Below are positions 37,729 through 45,822 of a stretch of DNA of 64,000 nucleotides, piece by piece. Both the position numbers and the translations under genes were made by a program. Below the pieces are notes generated by a model. The model was not told where the DNA came from and searched no databases. It was given only the letters and a program-made list of their open reading frames with translations. The stretch's first letter is position 1. The number at the start of each line of letters is the position of its first letter. The DNA lies in contig CADBXE010000005.1 in the NCBI GenBank assembly GCA_902798595.1, forward strand, positions 18,274-82,273, in the 5' to 3' direction. Source of the DNA: an uncultured Erysipelotrichaceae bacterium. Its GTDB lineage: Bacteria; Bacillota_I; Bacilli_A; RFN20; CAG-826.

Positions 37729-39153
37729 CTATTTCGCATTCTTTTGTTTTTCGAGAATGTTCCTAGCGACATAAACGCCACACGCTCCCGCTTGGGCTAA
37801 GCCACGGGTGAGACCCGCACCATCACCACCGACGTAGAGGTTTTTAATATCTTTAACTTCAAATTTGTTATCAATTTGTGGGTGAGCACTATAGTATTTA
37901 GCTTCAACACCATAAAGTAATGTATGTTCAGTAGCGATACCTGGAGTGATGTGGTCTAAGACTTGAATCATTTCAATAATCGCTTGCATGGTTTTTTGTG
38001 GTAAGCATAAGGCTAAGTCACCTGGAACCGCTTCTTTAAGAGTTGGTCTAACAAAGCCTTCACGGATACGCTTAACTGTACTACGTCTGCCTTGTTTGAT
38101 ATCACCAAAGCGTTGTACTAAAACAGAACCACAGGCTAATTGGTTAGCTAAAGAGGAAACCTTTAATGCATATTCATTTGGTTTCTTGAATGGTTCTTCA
38201 AAGTGATGGGTCACTAATAAAGCAAAGTTAGTGTTTTCACTGGACAACGATGGATCGTTATAGGAGTGACCGTTAACATTAACGACACCTTGATAGTTTT
38301 CCATAACGACGTGACCACCTGGATTAGAGCAGAATGTTCTAACAGTACTTCCAGTAGATGCTTTAAAAATGAACTTACCTTCGTATAAGTTTTTATTAAT
38401 TTCTTCCATAACCATATTTGGACATTCGACACGGACACCGATATCCACTTGGTTTTGGGTCATTTCAATATTGAATTTTTCAAATAAATCAGTGAGCCAG
38501 GCACTGCCTTCACGGCCGACCGCTAATAAGACGTAATCAGCGTCAATTCTTTCACCGCTATCTAAGATGACACCTTTAACTTGTTTATCTTCCACAACGA
38601 TATCCTTAACCGCAGTGGAGAATTTCGTATCAATCTTCTTATCTAAATCTAAATAAATCTTGGTTAAAATCTTTAAGTTTTCTTCAGTACCTAAGTGTCT
38701 GACTTTGCTATGTAAAAGCTTTAAGCCCACAGACATGGCTTTCTTTTCAATTTCTCTGACTTCCTTAGTATATGGGTCAGTAATTACTGGAGTAGCGCCA
38801 TACTTAAGGTTGATTTGGTCAACATAATCAATCAATTTCATTAATTCATCTTGATCAATGTAATCTTGTAACCAACCGCCAAATTCAGAAGTGATGTTAA
38901 ATTTGCCATCAGAATAAGCACCTGCACCACCAAAGCCATTAGTGATTGAGCAGGCTGGGAAACATTCTTGATAGCCTTTAATATTTCTTGGGCACTTTGT
39001 TAATTTATGTTCTAAAACAGGACAATGTCTTTTTTCAATTGAGAGGCCTTTATCAACGAGAAGTACTTTGAGGCTTGGATTCTTTTTTACCAATTCATAG
39101 GCACAAAAATAGCCGCTTGGGCCCGCACCAACTATGACGACATCGTATTTCAT
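37729..39153 (-). CDS. FAD-dependent oxidoreductase (COG2509-like uncharacterised dehydrogenase)
   Basis: Rossmann motif YDVVIVGAGPSGY at the N-terminus and a C-terminal LYVGGDGAGLTRGLAQA motif. Start set at ATG 39153 with a GGAG RBS. Confidence 0.65.
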   Translation of the reverse strand: MKYDVVIVGAGPSGYFCAYELVKKNPSLKVLLVDKGLSIEKRHCPVLEHKLTKCPRNIKGYQECFPACSITNGFGGAGAYSDGKFNITSEFGGWLQDYIDQDELMKLIDYVDQINLKYGATPVITDPYTKEVREIEKKAMSVGLKLLHSKVRHLGTEENLKILTKIYLDLDKKIDTKFSTAVKDIVVEDKQVKGVILDSGERIDADYVLLAVGREGSAWLTDLFEKFNIEMTQNQVDIGVRVECPNMVMEEINKNLYEGKFIFKASTGSTVRTFCSNPGGHVVMENYQGVVNVNGHSYNDPSLSSENTNFALLVTHHFEEPFKKPNEYALKVSSLANQLACGSVLVQRFGDIKQGRRSTVKRIREGFVRPTLKEAVPGDLALCLPQKTMQAIIEMIQVLDHITPGIATEHTLLYGVEAKYYSAHPQIDNKFEVKDIKNLYVGGDGAGLTRGLAQAGACGVYVARNILEKQKNAK

Positions 39154-39364
39154 ACAGGTATCTCCTTCGTTCTCTTTTCGCAAAGAAAAAACACTATTCA
39201 ATTATAGTTTATGCACGCGTGATTGTTAATATATTTTTGAGGTTTTTGTTCGTGAATAAACAAGTAAATATCGATATGTAGTTTAATCGCATTTAACACT
39301 AAAAATTGTCGGTTTTTAAATACCATGCCGCATATCTTTAAAATTACTCTTAAGAAATTGCTTT

Positions 39365-39838
39365 TTAATAAATGTCTTTTTCTTTTTTGATCTCGCGGTC
39401 AATTCTGATTTTTAAATCAATGATTGCGCAGGAGTTGATATCTCCCCCTACGACATCGATAATACGCTTATTTGTTTTGCGGTCACGAATCCAATAGCAA
39501 AAGCCAAGATTGCCACCGTATCGACCAGCTTTAACTTGTTTTTCTGATTGAGTAATAACGATTTGATCAAAGTCATAGCCAATCTCTTTTTTAAATATTC
39601 TTTTGACATAAACTTTGTCTTCAGTAATGCGTATAGACCATATTTTCAAACTGAGGAAAAAGAAGAAACATGCAACGCCAACAATAGAGGAAAGAATTGA
39701 AAAAGCAATTAGCTCCTCAAGTGTGTTGGTAGTAGGTAAAAAGAACATCGCTACACTAAGACCAAAAAAGAAAACTGTGCCAATAATAGAGGCGATTAGA
39801 AAGTAATTATTTCTTTTAATAACAACACCGTTTTTCAT
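39365..39838 (-). CDS. hypothetical membrane protein (two TM helices plus a small soluble domain)
   Basis: Hydrophobic segments IASIIGTVFFFGLSVAMFF and LSSIVGVACFFFFLSL. No recognised family. Confidence 0.5.
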   Translation of the reverse strand: MKNGVVIKRNNYFLIASIIGTVFFFGLSVAMFFLPTTNTLEELIAFSILSSIVGVACFFFFLSLKIWSIRITEDKVYVKRIFKKEIGYDFDQIVITQSEKQVKAGRYGGNLGFCYWIRDRKTNKRIIDVVGGDINSCAIIDLKIRIDREIKKEKDIY

Positions 39839-39981
39839 ATTTTCACTTCACTGCTTTTAATAGATTGATTCATTATCTTGCTCGCGTATCAGTCTTCCAA
39901 ATACCGCTTCAGCATTTTCGTTATTCATAATCTCACTTTATGAATAATAACAATTTTATTTGATATACTCAATCTTTTTAT

Positions 39982-40010
39982 AAATAAAAAGGCCGGAATT
40001 AATCCGACCT
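39982..40010 (-). terminator. intrinsic terminator after prs
   Basis: Minus strand reads AGGTCGGA-TTAAT-TCCGGCCT followed by TTTTTATTTAT. Confidence 0.65.
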
Positions 40011-40030
40011 TTATTTATTTATTAAGTAGA

Positions 40031-40960
40031 TTAGAAGTTTTCGTCAATGTACTTAGCAATAATTGGCGCTAAGGAGACGATGCTAACTACATCTTCTTCT
40101 TGTGGGATAGAATCACTAATAGCGATGTCTAAAATACCACATCTATATAGTTTTGCGAGGGCATTCTTGGAGAAGATACCATGACATGCACAGATTAAGA
40201 TACCTTTTGCTTCATTTTTGAGAAGTTCTTTACTCGCGGCAATAATTGTACCGCCAGTATCGATGATATCATCAATCATCAAACAGTATTTGTCCTCAAC
40301 TGGTTCACCTTTAATGTTAGTAATAACGGCCTTGTTTGGTTCAGGACGGTATTTATTTAACACTGCAATTGGTAAATCACCTAAATCTTTAGATAAATGT
40401 TTTGCTCTTTCGAGGCCGCCTTTGTCTGGAGAAACGATGACGACGTCCTCAAGCTTAACTTTTAATGTTTTTAAGCGTTTGCGGTAATAATCAGCAAACA
40501 CTGATGAGGAATATAATTCCACCGCTTCCATGTTTTCGAAGAATGGTTGCATAGAACCGCTGTGATAATCAACAGAAACAACTCTGTTACATCCGGCTTC
40601 TCTTAAGCAATTAGCCACTAATTTAGCGCTGATTGGATCGCCGAAATCAATTGTTCTATCTTGTCTCACATATCCGAAATATGGGATGACTGCGGTAATG
40701 GTTTTAGCTTCACCTCTCTTAAGAGAATCGATGAAGATTAATAATTCCATTAATCTGTCGTTAACTGGGTTACAGGTTGAATGAATAACAATACAATCCT
40801 TACCTCTTACGTCAACGTTTGGTCTGGTAAAAATTTCGTTATCTGCGAATCTTCTGCAGATAGCTGGCGCTTTTTCCATACCGAGTTCTTCACACACCCT
40901 GTATGCTAGTTCTTCACAGGATGTTAAAGAGAATACTAATACTTGTTCTTTATTTGTCAT
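40031..40960 (-). CDS. prs: ribose-phosphate diphosphokinase
   Basis: PRPP-binding loop CLMIDDIIDTGGT and YFGYVRQDR. Start set at ATG 40960 (MTNKEQ, GAGGG RBS). Confidence 0.9.
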   Translation of the reverse strand: MTNKEQVLVFSLTSCEELAYRVCEELGMEKAPAICRRFADNEIFTRPNVDVRGKDCIVIHSTCNPVNDRLMELLIFIDSLKRGEAKTITAVIPYFGYVRQDRTIDFGDPISAKLVANCLREAGCNRVVSVDYHSGSMQPFFENMEAVELYSSSVFADYYRKRLKTLKVKLEDVVIVSPDKGGLERAKHLSKDLGDLPIAVLNKYRPEPNKAVITNIKGEPVEDKYCLMIDDIIDTGGTIIAASKELLKNEAKGILICACHGIFSKNALAKLYRCGILDIAISDSIPQEEDVVSIVSLAPIIAKYIDENF

Positions 40961-41017
40961 GTCTTTCTTTCCCTCTTTCAACTGAAAGGAATTTCTACAG
41001 ATCAATAAGTTGATAAA

Positions 41018-41692
41018 TTAAATAATAGGTTTATCTTCGGTTGTACCGTTTGTTGTGCCGAATGTTCTATCACCACAGTCACCTAAGCCTGGGCAGATAT
41101 AAGCATTTTCGTTTAAGCAACGGTCGAGGGCACCAATGTAAACTGGAATATCTGGATATTTCTTCACAAATGCTTCCACGCCTTCTGGTGCAGCGATAAT
41201 GCAGACAAATGTAATCTTTTTAGCACCATGCTTTCTAAGCATACCCACCGCATCAATAGCGGAGCCGCCTGTAGCGAGCATTGGGTCGACTAAGTAGACA
41301 TCTTTTTCTGAAATATCCGCTGGTAACTTACAGTAGTACTCAACTGGTTTCTTTGTGACTTCGTCACGATAGAGACCAATATGACCACATGTACAGCCAG
41401 GAAGTAAATCAAGCATACCATCGGCCATGCCTAATCCCGCACGAAGAATTGGAACGAAACAGAGAGATTTGCGTTTGACAACTGGTTGAACTGTCTTTTC
41501 AATTGGTGTTTCAATTTCCACCATTTGAGTTTCAGCGTTTCTTAATGCTTCATATCCTTCCAAAACGGATATTTCTTTAACAAGCATCTTGAATTCGCTA
41601 GTTTTAGTTGTCTTATCTCTAAGCTTTGTAATTTTGTGCTTGATCAATGGATGGTCAAGAATATGGACTGTTGGATAATTTTCGAAAGCCAT
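41018..41692 (-). CDS. upp: uracil phosphoribosyltransferase
   Basis: Motifs PILRAGLGM, VYLVDPMLATGGS and PGLGDCGDR. Confidence 0.92.
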   Translation of the reverse strand: MAFENYPTVHILDHPLIKHKITKLRDKTTKTSEFKMLVKEISVLEGYEALRNAETQMVEIETPIEKTVQPVVKRKSLCFVPILRAGLGMADGMLDLLPGCTCGHIGLYRDEVTKKPVEYYCKLPADISEKDVYLVDPMLATGGSAIDAVGMLRKHGAKKITFVCIIAAPEGVEAFVKKYPDIPVYIGALDRCLNENAYICPGLGDCGDRTFGTTNGTTEDKPII

Positions 41693-41707
41693 TATTTCTT
41701 CCTCAAC

Positions 41708-43234
41708 TTATTCTTGTTCTGGGGCATTATGCTTTTCAATAGCATTTGTTACCACCATAGTAATAATACCTAAAATTAACGCGGTTGCAATAGAGGTGAT
41801 TTGGATTGCGGCTGAGACTTGGCCTTTTGGAGCGGTCACAACATCAACAATTTCGTAGACGCCTTCAACTTCATTAACGGCTTTGGCTGTGACATCAGCA
41901 GAGTGAATTGCGTATGGAATTTGTAATGATAAGCCACCGATACCGGAAATTAAGATTGCAGCGACAGTGAATAAGTTTTTGTTTTTGCTTAAATCGACTT
42001 GTTGGAACATCTTTAAACCAGAGACAGCGATGAAGCCATAAAGTGTTAAGCAAACACCACCCATAACACAGTTTGGAATTGTTTTTAAAACTGCAGTAAC
42101 TGGTGCGAGGAATGATAAGACGATGAGCATGACTGCGGCGGCAAAGATTGTTCTAACAGAAGCGTTCTTTGTAATAGCAACACAACCAACGGATTCACCA
42201 TATGTTGTATTTGGACAGATACCAAAGACTGTACCAACCATGGAGCCAACACCATCACCAAGTAATGTTCTGGATAAGCCTGGTTCGTTGATGAGGTCTT
42301 TGTTAATGATAGAGCTTAAGTTCTTGTGGTCAGCAATGTGTTCAGCGAATGTAACGAAAGCAACTGGAACGAATGCTAAAGCGACTTCAAGGACACCCAT
42401 TGGGGTGATGACTTGAGCAGCTTTATTATGTTGAGCGGCAGCGCTAACGATTTCTGCGCTAACTTTACCATTAGCTAATTCTTGAATACCACCGATTAAA
42501 GAAAATCTTGGGTAAGTTAAGATTGATTCAAAACTGAAGTTTTTGAAGTTATCAATGATTGGATCCCAGTTAACAATCTTTAAGTAGTTGACATCGAAGA
42601 CGTTACCGAAGATTGTGAAGATGGAAGCGACTAAATAACCAGCACCGATACCGATGATAAATGGAATTAATCTACCAGCTTTGAATTTATTTTGGACAGA
42701 GCAAATCACGACAGTGAAGAATGTCACTAAACCACAAAGTAAACCAATCAAGTTATATCCACCATTGACTGGATCGTTACTAGCTTTGACGATATCGCCC
42801 ATAGCGGCACCCGCTAATGAAAGACCGATCAAAGCAACTGTTGGGCCAATAATGACTGGAGGCATGAGTTTTTCAACCCATCTTGTACCAGCGAATTTGA
42901 TAACGATTGCGATAACGACATAAACTGCACCAGCGAATAAGCCACCGAGTAAGATACCCATATAGCCAAACGCTACAGCATTACTCAAAGCGCCTAAGAA
43001 AGCGAATGAGCTAGAAATCACGACTGGTGATTTGAATTTTGTAAAAAGTAAATAAACGATTGTACCTAAACCAGCACCTAAGATTGCTGCAGGAATTTGT
43101 ACAGGGAGTCCGATAATGGTTGGGACTGCAATTGTGGCCGCTAAAACGGCTAAGACTTGTTGAAACGCGAAGACCAAGAGTTTTCCGAAACTTGGCTTGC
43201 CATCAACTTCGAAGATAAGTTTGTTTGCCGACAT
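41708..43234 (-). CDS. NCS2-family nucleobase permease (uracil permease-like)
   Basis: Polytopic protein with NCS2-like segments (TFAEHIADH, NTTYGESVG). It lies 15 nt upstream of upp. Start set at ATG 43234 with a GGAG RBS. Confidence 0.8.
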   Translation of the reverse strand: MSANKLIFEVDGKPSFGKLLVFAFQQVLAVLAATIAVPTIIGLPVQIPAAILGAGLGTIVYLLFTKFKSPVVISSSFAFLGALSNAVAFGYMGILLGGLFAGAVYVVIAIVIKFAGTRWVEKLMPPVIIGPTVALIGLSLAGAAMGDIVKASNDPVNGGYNLIGLLCGLVTFFTVVICSVQNKFKAGRLIPFIIGIGAGYLVASIFTIFGNVFDVNYLKIVNWDPIIDNFKNFSFESILTYPRFSLIGGIQELANGKVSAEIVSAAAQHNKAAQVITPMGVLEVALAFVPVAFVTFAEHIADHKNLSSIINKDLINEPGLSRTLLGDGVGSMVGTVFGICPNTTYGESVGCVAITKNASVRTIFAAAVMLIVLSFLAPVTAVLKTIPNCVMGGVCLTLYGFIAVSGLKMFQQVDLSKNKNLFTVAAILISGIGGLSLQIPYAIHSADVTAKAVNEVEGVYEIVDVVTAPKGQVSAAIQITSIATALILGIITMVVTNAIEKHNAPEQE

Positions 43235-43254
43235 AAATGTTTCTCCTTTCGCGC

Positions 43255-43354
43255 AAAAAAAATCACCCGACACTAAGGGGTGATTACAAACAATAGCGGG
43301 TGGCTAATTGGAGGGAAAATTGAGGGAAGAAACCCCCTAGAGCGGATGGGTTCT
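43255..43354 (-). promoter_or_regulatory. transcription-attenuation leader (hairpin, antiterminator and terminator alternatives)
   Basis: The terminator is AATCACCC-9 nt-GGGTGATT followed by TTTTTTTT, ending ~20 nt before the ATG. CTAGGGGG (43333-40) can pair either within hairpin 43328-54 or with CCCCTTAG (43273-80) inside the terminator. Confidence 0.5.
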
Positions 43355-43571
43355 TACACTTTCTAATTCGACTCTTCATAGCAATCCTTTGCCTAAAACT
43401 TTATCACATACACATGATATTGCAAACTATTTTTTTAGAAAATTTTCAGGCATAAACAGAATGCTATATTTTGTCCAAACACTGTCCAAAAAAATGGCTC
43501 AAACACATTGAGAAAAGACCACTATTGAGTTAGAATAAAGTTTGTCTTTCCTAAATAAGAGGTACGTTATT

Positions 43572-44123
43572 ATGACTAAAAAAGAATTAGTTATTTCTCA
43601 ATCCGAAAAATATATTAAAGATGTTCCTGGTTTTCCTAAACCAGGCATTATTTTCAAAGATATCGTTCCAGTATTTGAAAACCCAGAATACTTACAAATG
43701 GTTTTTGATGTGATGGTCGATGAATTAAAAGAAAATAATATTCAATTTGATAAGATTGTTTGCCCAGAAGCGCGCGGATTCTTGTTCGGTCCAACACTTG
43801 GACTTATGACTAAGAAGGGTGTGGTTATGGCAAGAAAACCAGGTAAACTCCCAAGACCAGGTAACTGTGTTTCTTATAACTTAGAATATGGCACCGCTAC
43901 TCTCGTGATTAGTGAAGATTCTATCAAACCAGGAGAAAAGGTTTTAGTGGTCGATGACTTATTAGCAACAGGTGGATCCGCTAAAGCTTTATGTGAGCTC
44001 GTTGAAAGAAGTGGCGCCCAAGTTGCAGGAGTCATGTTCTACATCGAACTCACCCCACTCAAGGGTCGTGAAGCGCTTAAAAAATACCCAGTCATTTCCA
44101 TCGTTCCAGTTGAAGCTTACTAA
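43572..44123 (+). CDS. apt: adenine phosphoribosyltransferase
   Basis: Motifs PGFPKPGIIFKDI and VLVVDDLLATGGS. Start set at ATG 43572 after an AAGAGG RBS. Confidence 0.9.
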   Translation: MTKKELVISQSEKYIKDVPGFPKPGIIFKDIVPVFENPEYLQMVFDVMVDELKENNIQFDKIVCPEARGFLFGPTLGLMTKKGVVMARKPGKLPRPGNCVSYNLEYGTATLVISEDSIKPGEKVLVVDDLLATGGSAKALCELVERSGAQVAGVMFYIELTPLKGREALKKYPVISIVPVEAY

Positions 44124-44137
44124 ACATTAGAAAATCT

Positions 44138-44190
44138 CCTCGCACGTAAATCTTTAATTTTAATTAACATGTGCGAGGTTTTTTTATTTT
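44138..44190 (+). terminator. intrinsic terminator after apt
   Basis: CCTCGCACGT-loop-ACATGTGCGAGG followed by TTTTTTTATTTTTTT. Confidence 0.6.
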
Positions 44191-44264
44191 TTTCTTACTT
44201 TTTGGGTTTACAATTGTCATTTTTTGAATATACAATAATGGCGTCAATGAAATCACATTCGTTG

Positions 44265-44331
44265 ACTTCGTATAATTCCCTAATTGGTGGGTTGTCTCTA
44301 CGCTACACCGTATAATGTAGCACTACGAATC
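44265..44331 (+). promoter_or_regulatory. purine riboswitch aptamer (guanine/hypoxanthine type)
   Basis: P1 is TTCGTA/TACGAA. The conserved elements are UAUAAU, an AAUUGG loop, GUCUCUAC, a CCGUAUAAUG loop and ACUA with C at the discriminator position. It is collinear with the B. subtilis xpt aptamer as I remember it. Confidence 0.75.
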
Positions 44332-44382
44332 AAATCCGTTTGCGAAATAACCGTTCGTGTGTTTCGCCGTTGATTTAAGGTA

Positions 44383-44420
44383 GAGGCTTCCAATTATAGG
44401 AAGCTCATTTTTATTTTTTA
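44383..44420 (+). terminator. riboswitch expression-platform terminator
   Basis: GAG(G)CTTCC-7 nt-GGAAGCTC followed by ATTTTTATTTTTT, 27 nt before the ATG of the BMP gene. Confidence 0.65.
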
Positions 44421-44446
44421 GAAGATTTAGGAGGAGAAAAACAAAA

Positions 44447-45763
44447 ATGAAAGCAAAATTTAAATTGTCATTGTTCGCCCTCGTTGCAGTCGGTGCACTT
44501 TCAGCATGTGGTCAACAAGCTGCTGCTGCCGCTTACAACATCAAAACAGGTGACAGCTACGAATTAAAAATCAACAAAAGCTTAGATTTCTCTAAAGTTA
44601 AAGTTGGCTTAATTTGTTTGCACGACACAAACTCAACATATGACAAGAACTTTATCGATTCAATGGAAGAAGCAAGAGCCGCATTAGGATTAACCAAAGA
44701 ACAAGTCTTAATCAGAACCGGTATTGGTGAAGACAATACCTGCTATGATGCTTGCGCAGAAATGGTCAACGCTGGTTGCAACGTCATCTTCGCCGACTCT
44801 TTCGGTCATGAAGACTACATGATCCAAGCTGCCAGACAATTCCCAAATGTTCAATTCCACCACGCCACAGGCACAAAAGCCCACACAGAAAAATTAGCTA
44901 ACTACCACAACGGTTTCGCTTCCATCTATGAAGGCCGTTACTTAGCTGGTGTTGTTGCGGGTCTCAAATTAAAAGACATGAAAGAAAAAGATGCTAATGT
45001 TGCCTCTAAAGTTGGTTACATTGGTGCCTTCACATACGCCGAAGTTATCTCCGGTTATACCGCATGGTATCTCGGTGTTAAATCCATCGTCAACGATGTC
45101 ACAATGGACGTCACATTCACTGGTTCTTGGTACGATGAAACCGCTGAAAAGAACGGTGCTCTTAAATTAAGAGAAAAAGGCGCAGTCCTTATTTCCCAAC
45201 ACGCTGACTCCTTAGGTGCTCCAACAGCTTGTGAACAAAATGGTATTCCAAACGTTTCCTACAATGGTTCCACTGAAGAAAGCGCTCCAAAGACATACTT
45301 AGTCAACTCCAGAATTAACTGGGCTCCATATTTCGTTAAGATGGTTGAATCCGTTTCTGGTGGCGAAGCCATGGGCTATGATATCACAGGTAACAGAAAC
45401 GACGGTTCCGTCTTAATTTCTGACTTAGGCAAGAAAGCTTCCACAGCCGAAACAGCTGACTATGTCAATAACGTCAAAAAGAAACTCGCTGATGGTTCCT
45501 TAAAAGTTTTCGATACAAGCAAATTCACAGTCACCATCACACAACCATCTGGTAAAGAAGGCGATTTCGGTGTCAACACCGCTGCTAAAGTCGATGCTAA
45601 CGGTCACTTAACTTCCTACATGGCCGATGTCGATACAGACGCAAATTACACACCAGATACAGAAGTTGTTGCTAACGGTGAATTCCAAGAATCCAAATTC
45701 CGTTCCGCTCCATACTTCGATGTCAAGATTGATGGCATCAACTTATTAGATACACAATTCTAA
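44447..45763 (+). CDS. BMP-family (PnrA/Med-like) ABC transporter substrate-binding lipoprotein, nucleoside-type
   Basis: Lipobox ALSA-C and BMP-like segments (GLICLHD, IFADSFGH, GYIGAF). GGAGGAG RBS. Confidence 0.8.
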   Translation: MKAKFKLSLFALVAVGALSACGQQAAAAAYNIKTGDSYELKINKSLDFSKVKVGLICLHDTNSTYDKNFIDSMEEARAALGLTKEQVLIRTGIGEDNTCYDACAEMVNAGCNVIFADSFGHEDYMIQAARQFPNVQFHHATGTKAHTEKLANYHNGFASIYEGRYLAGVVAGLKLKDMKEKDANVASKVGYIGAFTYAEVISGYTAWYLGVKSIVNDVTMDVTFTGSWYDETAEKNGALKLREKGAVLISQHADSLGAPTACEQNGIPNVSYNGSTEESAPKTYLVNSRINWAPYFVKMVESVSGGEAMGYDITGNRNDGSVLISDLGKKASTAETADYVNNVKKKLADGSLKVFDTSKFTVTITQPSGKEGDFGVNTAAKVDANGHLTSYMADVDTDANYTPDTEVVANGEFQESKFRSAPYFDVKIDGINLLDTQF

Positions 45764-45781
45764 TTAAAACACTTACTTAGT

Positions 45782-45822
45782 GGGTTTGGCTGTTTAACCG
45801 ACGGCCAAACCCCCTTATTTTT
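45782..45822 (+). terminator. intra-operon hairpin (partial terminator or mRNA stabiliser) between the binding-protein and ATPase genes
   Basis: GGGTTTGGC-13 nt-GCCAAACCC followed by CCTTATTTTT, abutting the ATG at 45823. Confidence 0.45.

Noticed and set aside
39857-39928. 23-codon ORF (MNNENAEAVFGRLIREQDNESIY*) upstream of the membrane protein gene, and a 20-codon hydrophobic ORF (MKNESLFLVFFCFPTNSFLF*) at 11234-11296 (+)
   Set aside because: Both have only weak RBS-like sequences and no conservation evidence available to me. Short ORFs of this size are expected by chance in AT-rich spacers.
39989-40004. 16-nt identity (AAAAGGCCGGAATTAA) between the prs terminator and the terminator at 56197-56212
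   Set aside because: A single 16-mer match is about what chance gives in 64 kb on two strands. Both sit in GC-rich terminator stems, and the flanks do not align. It is not evidence for a repeat family.
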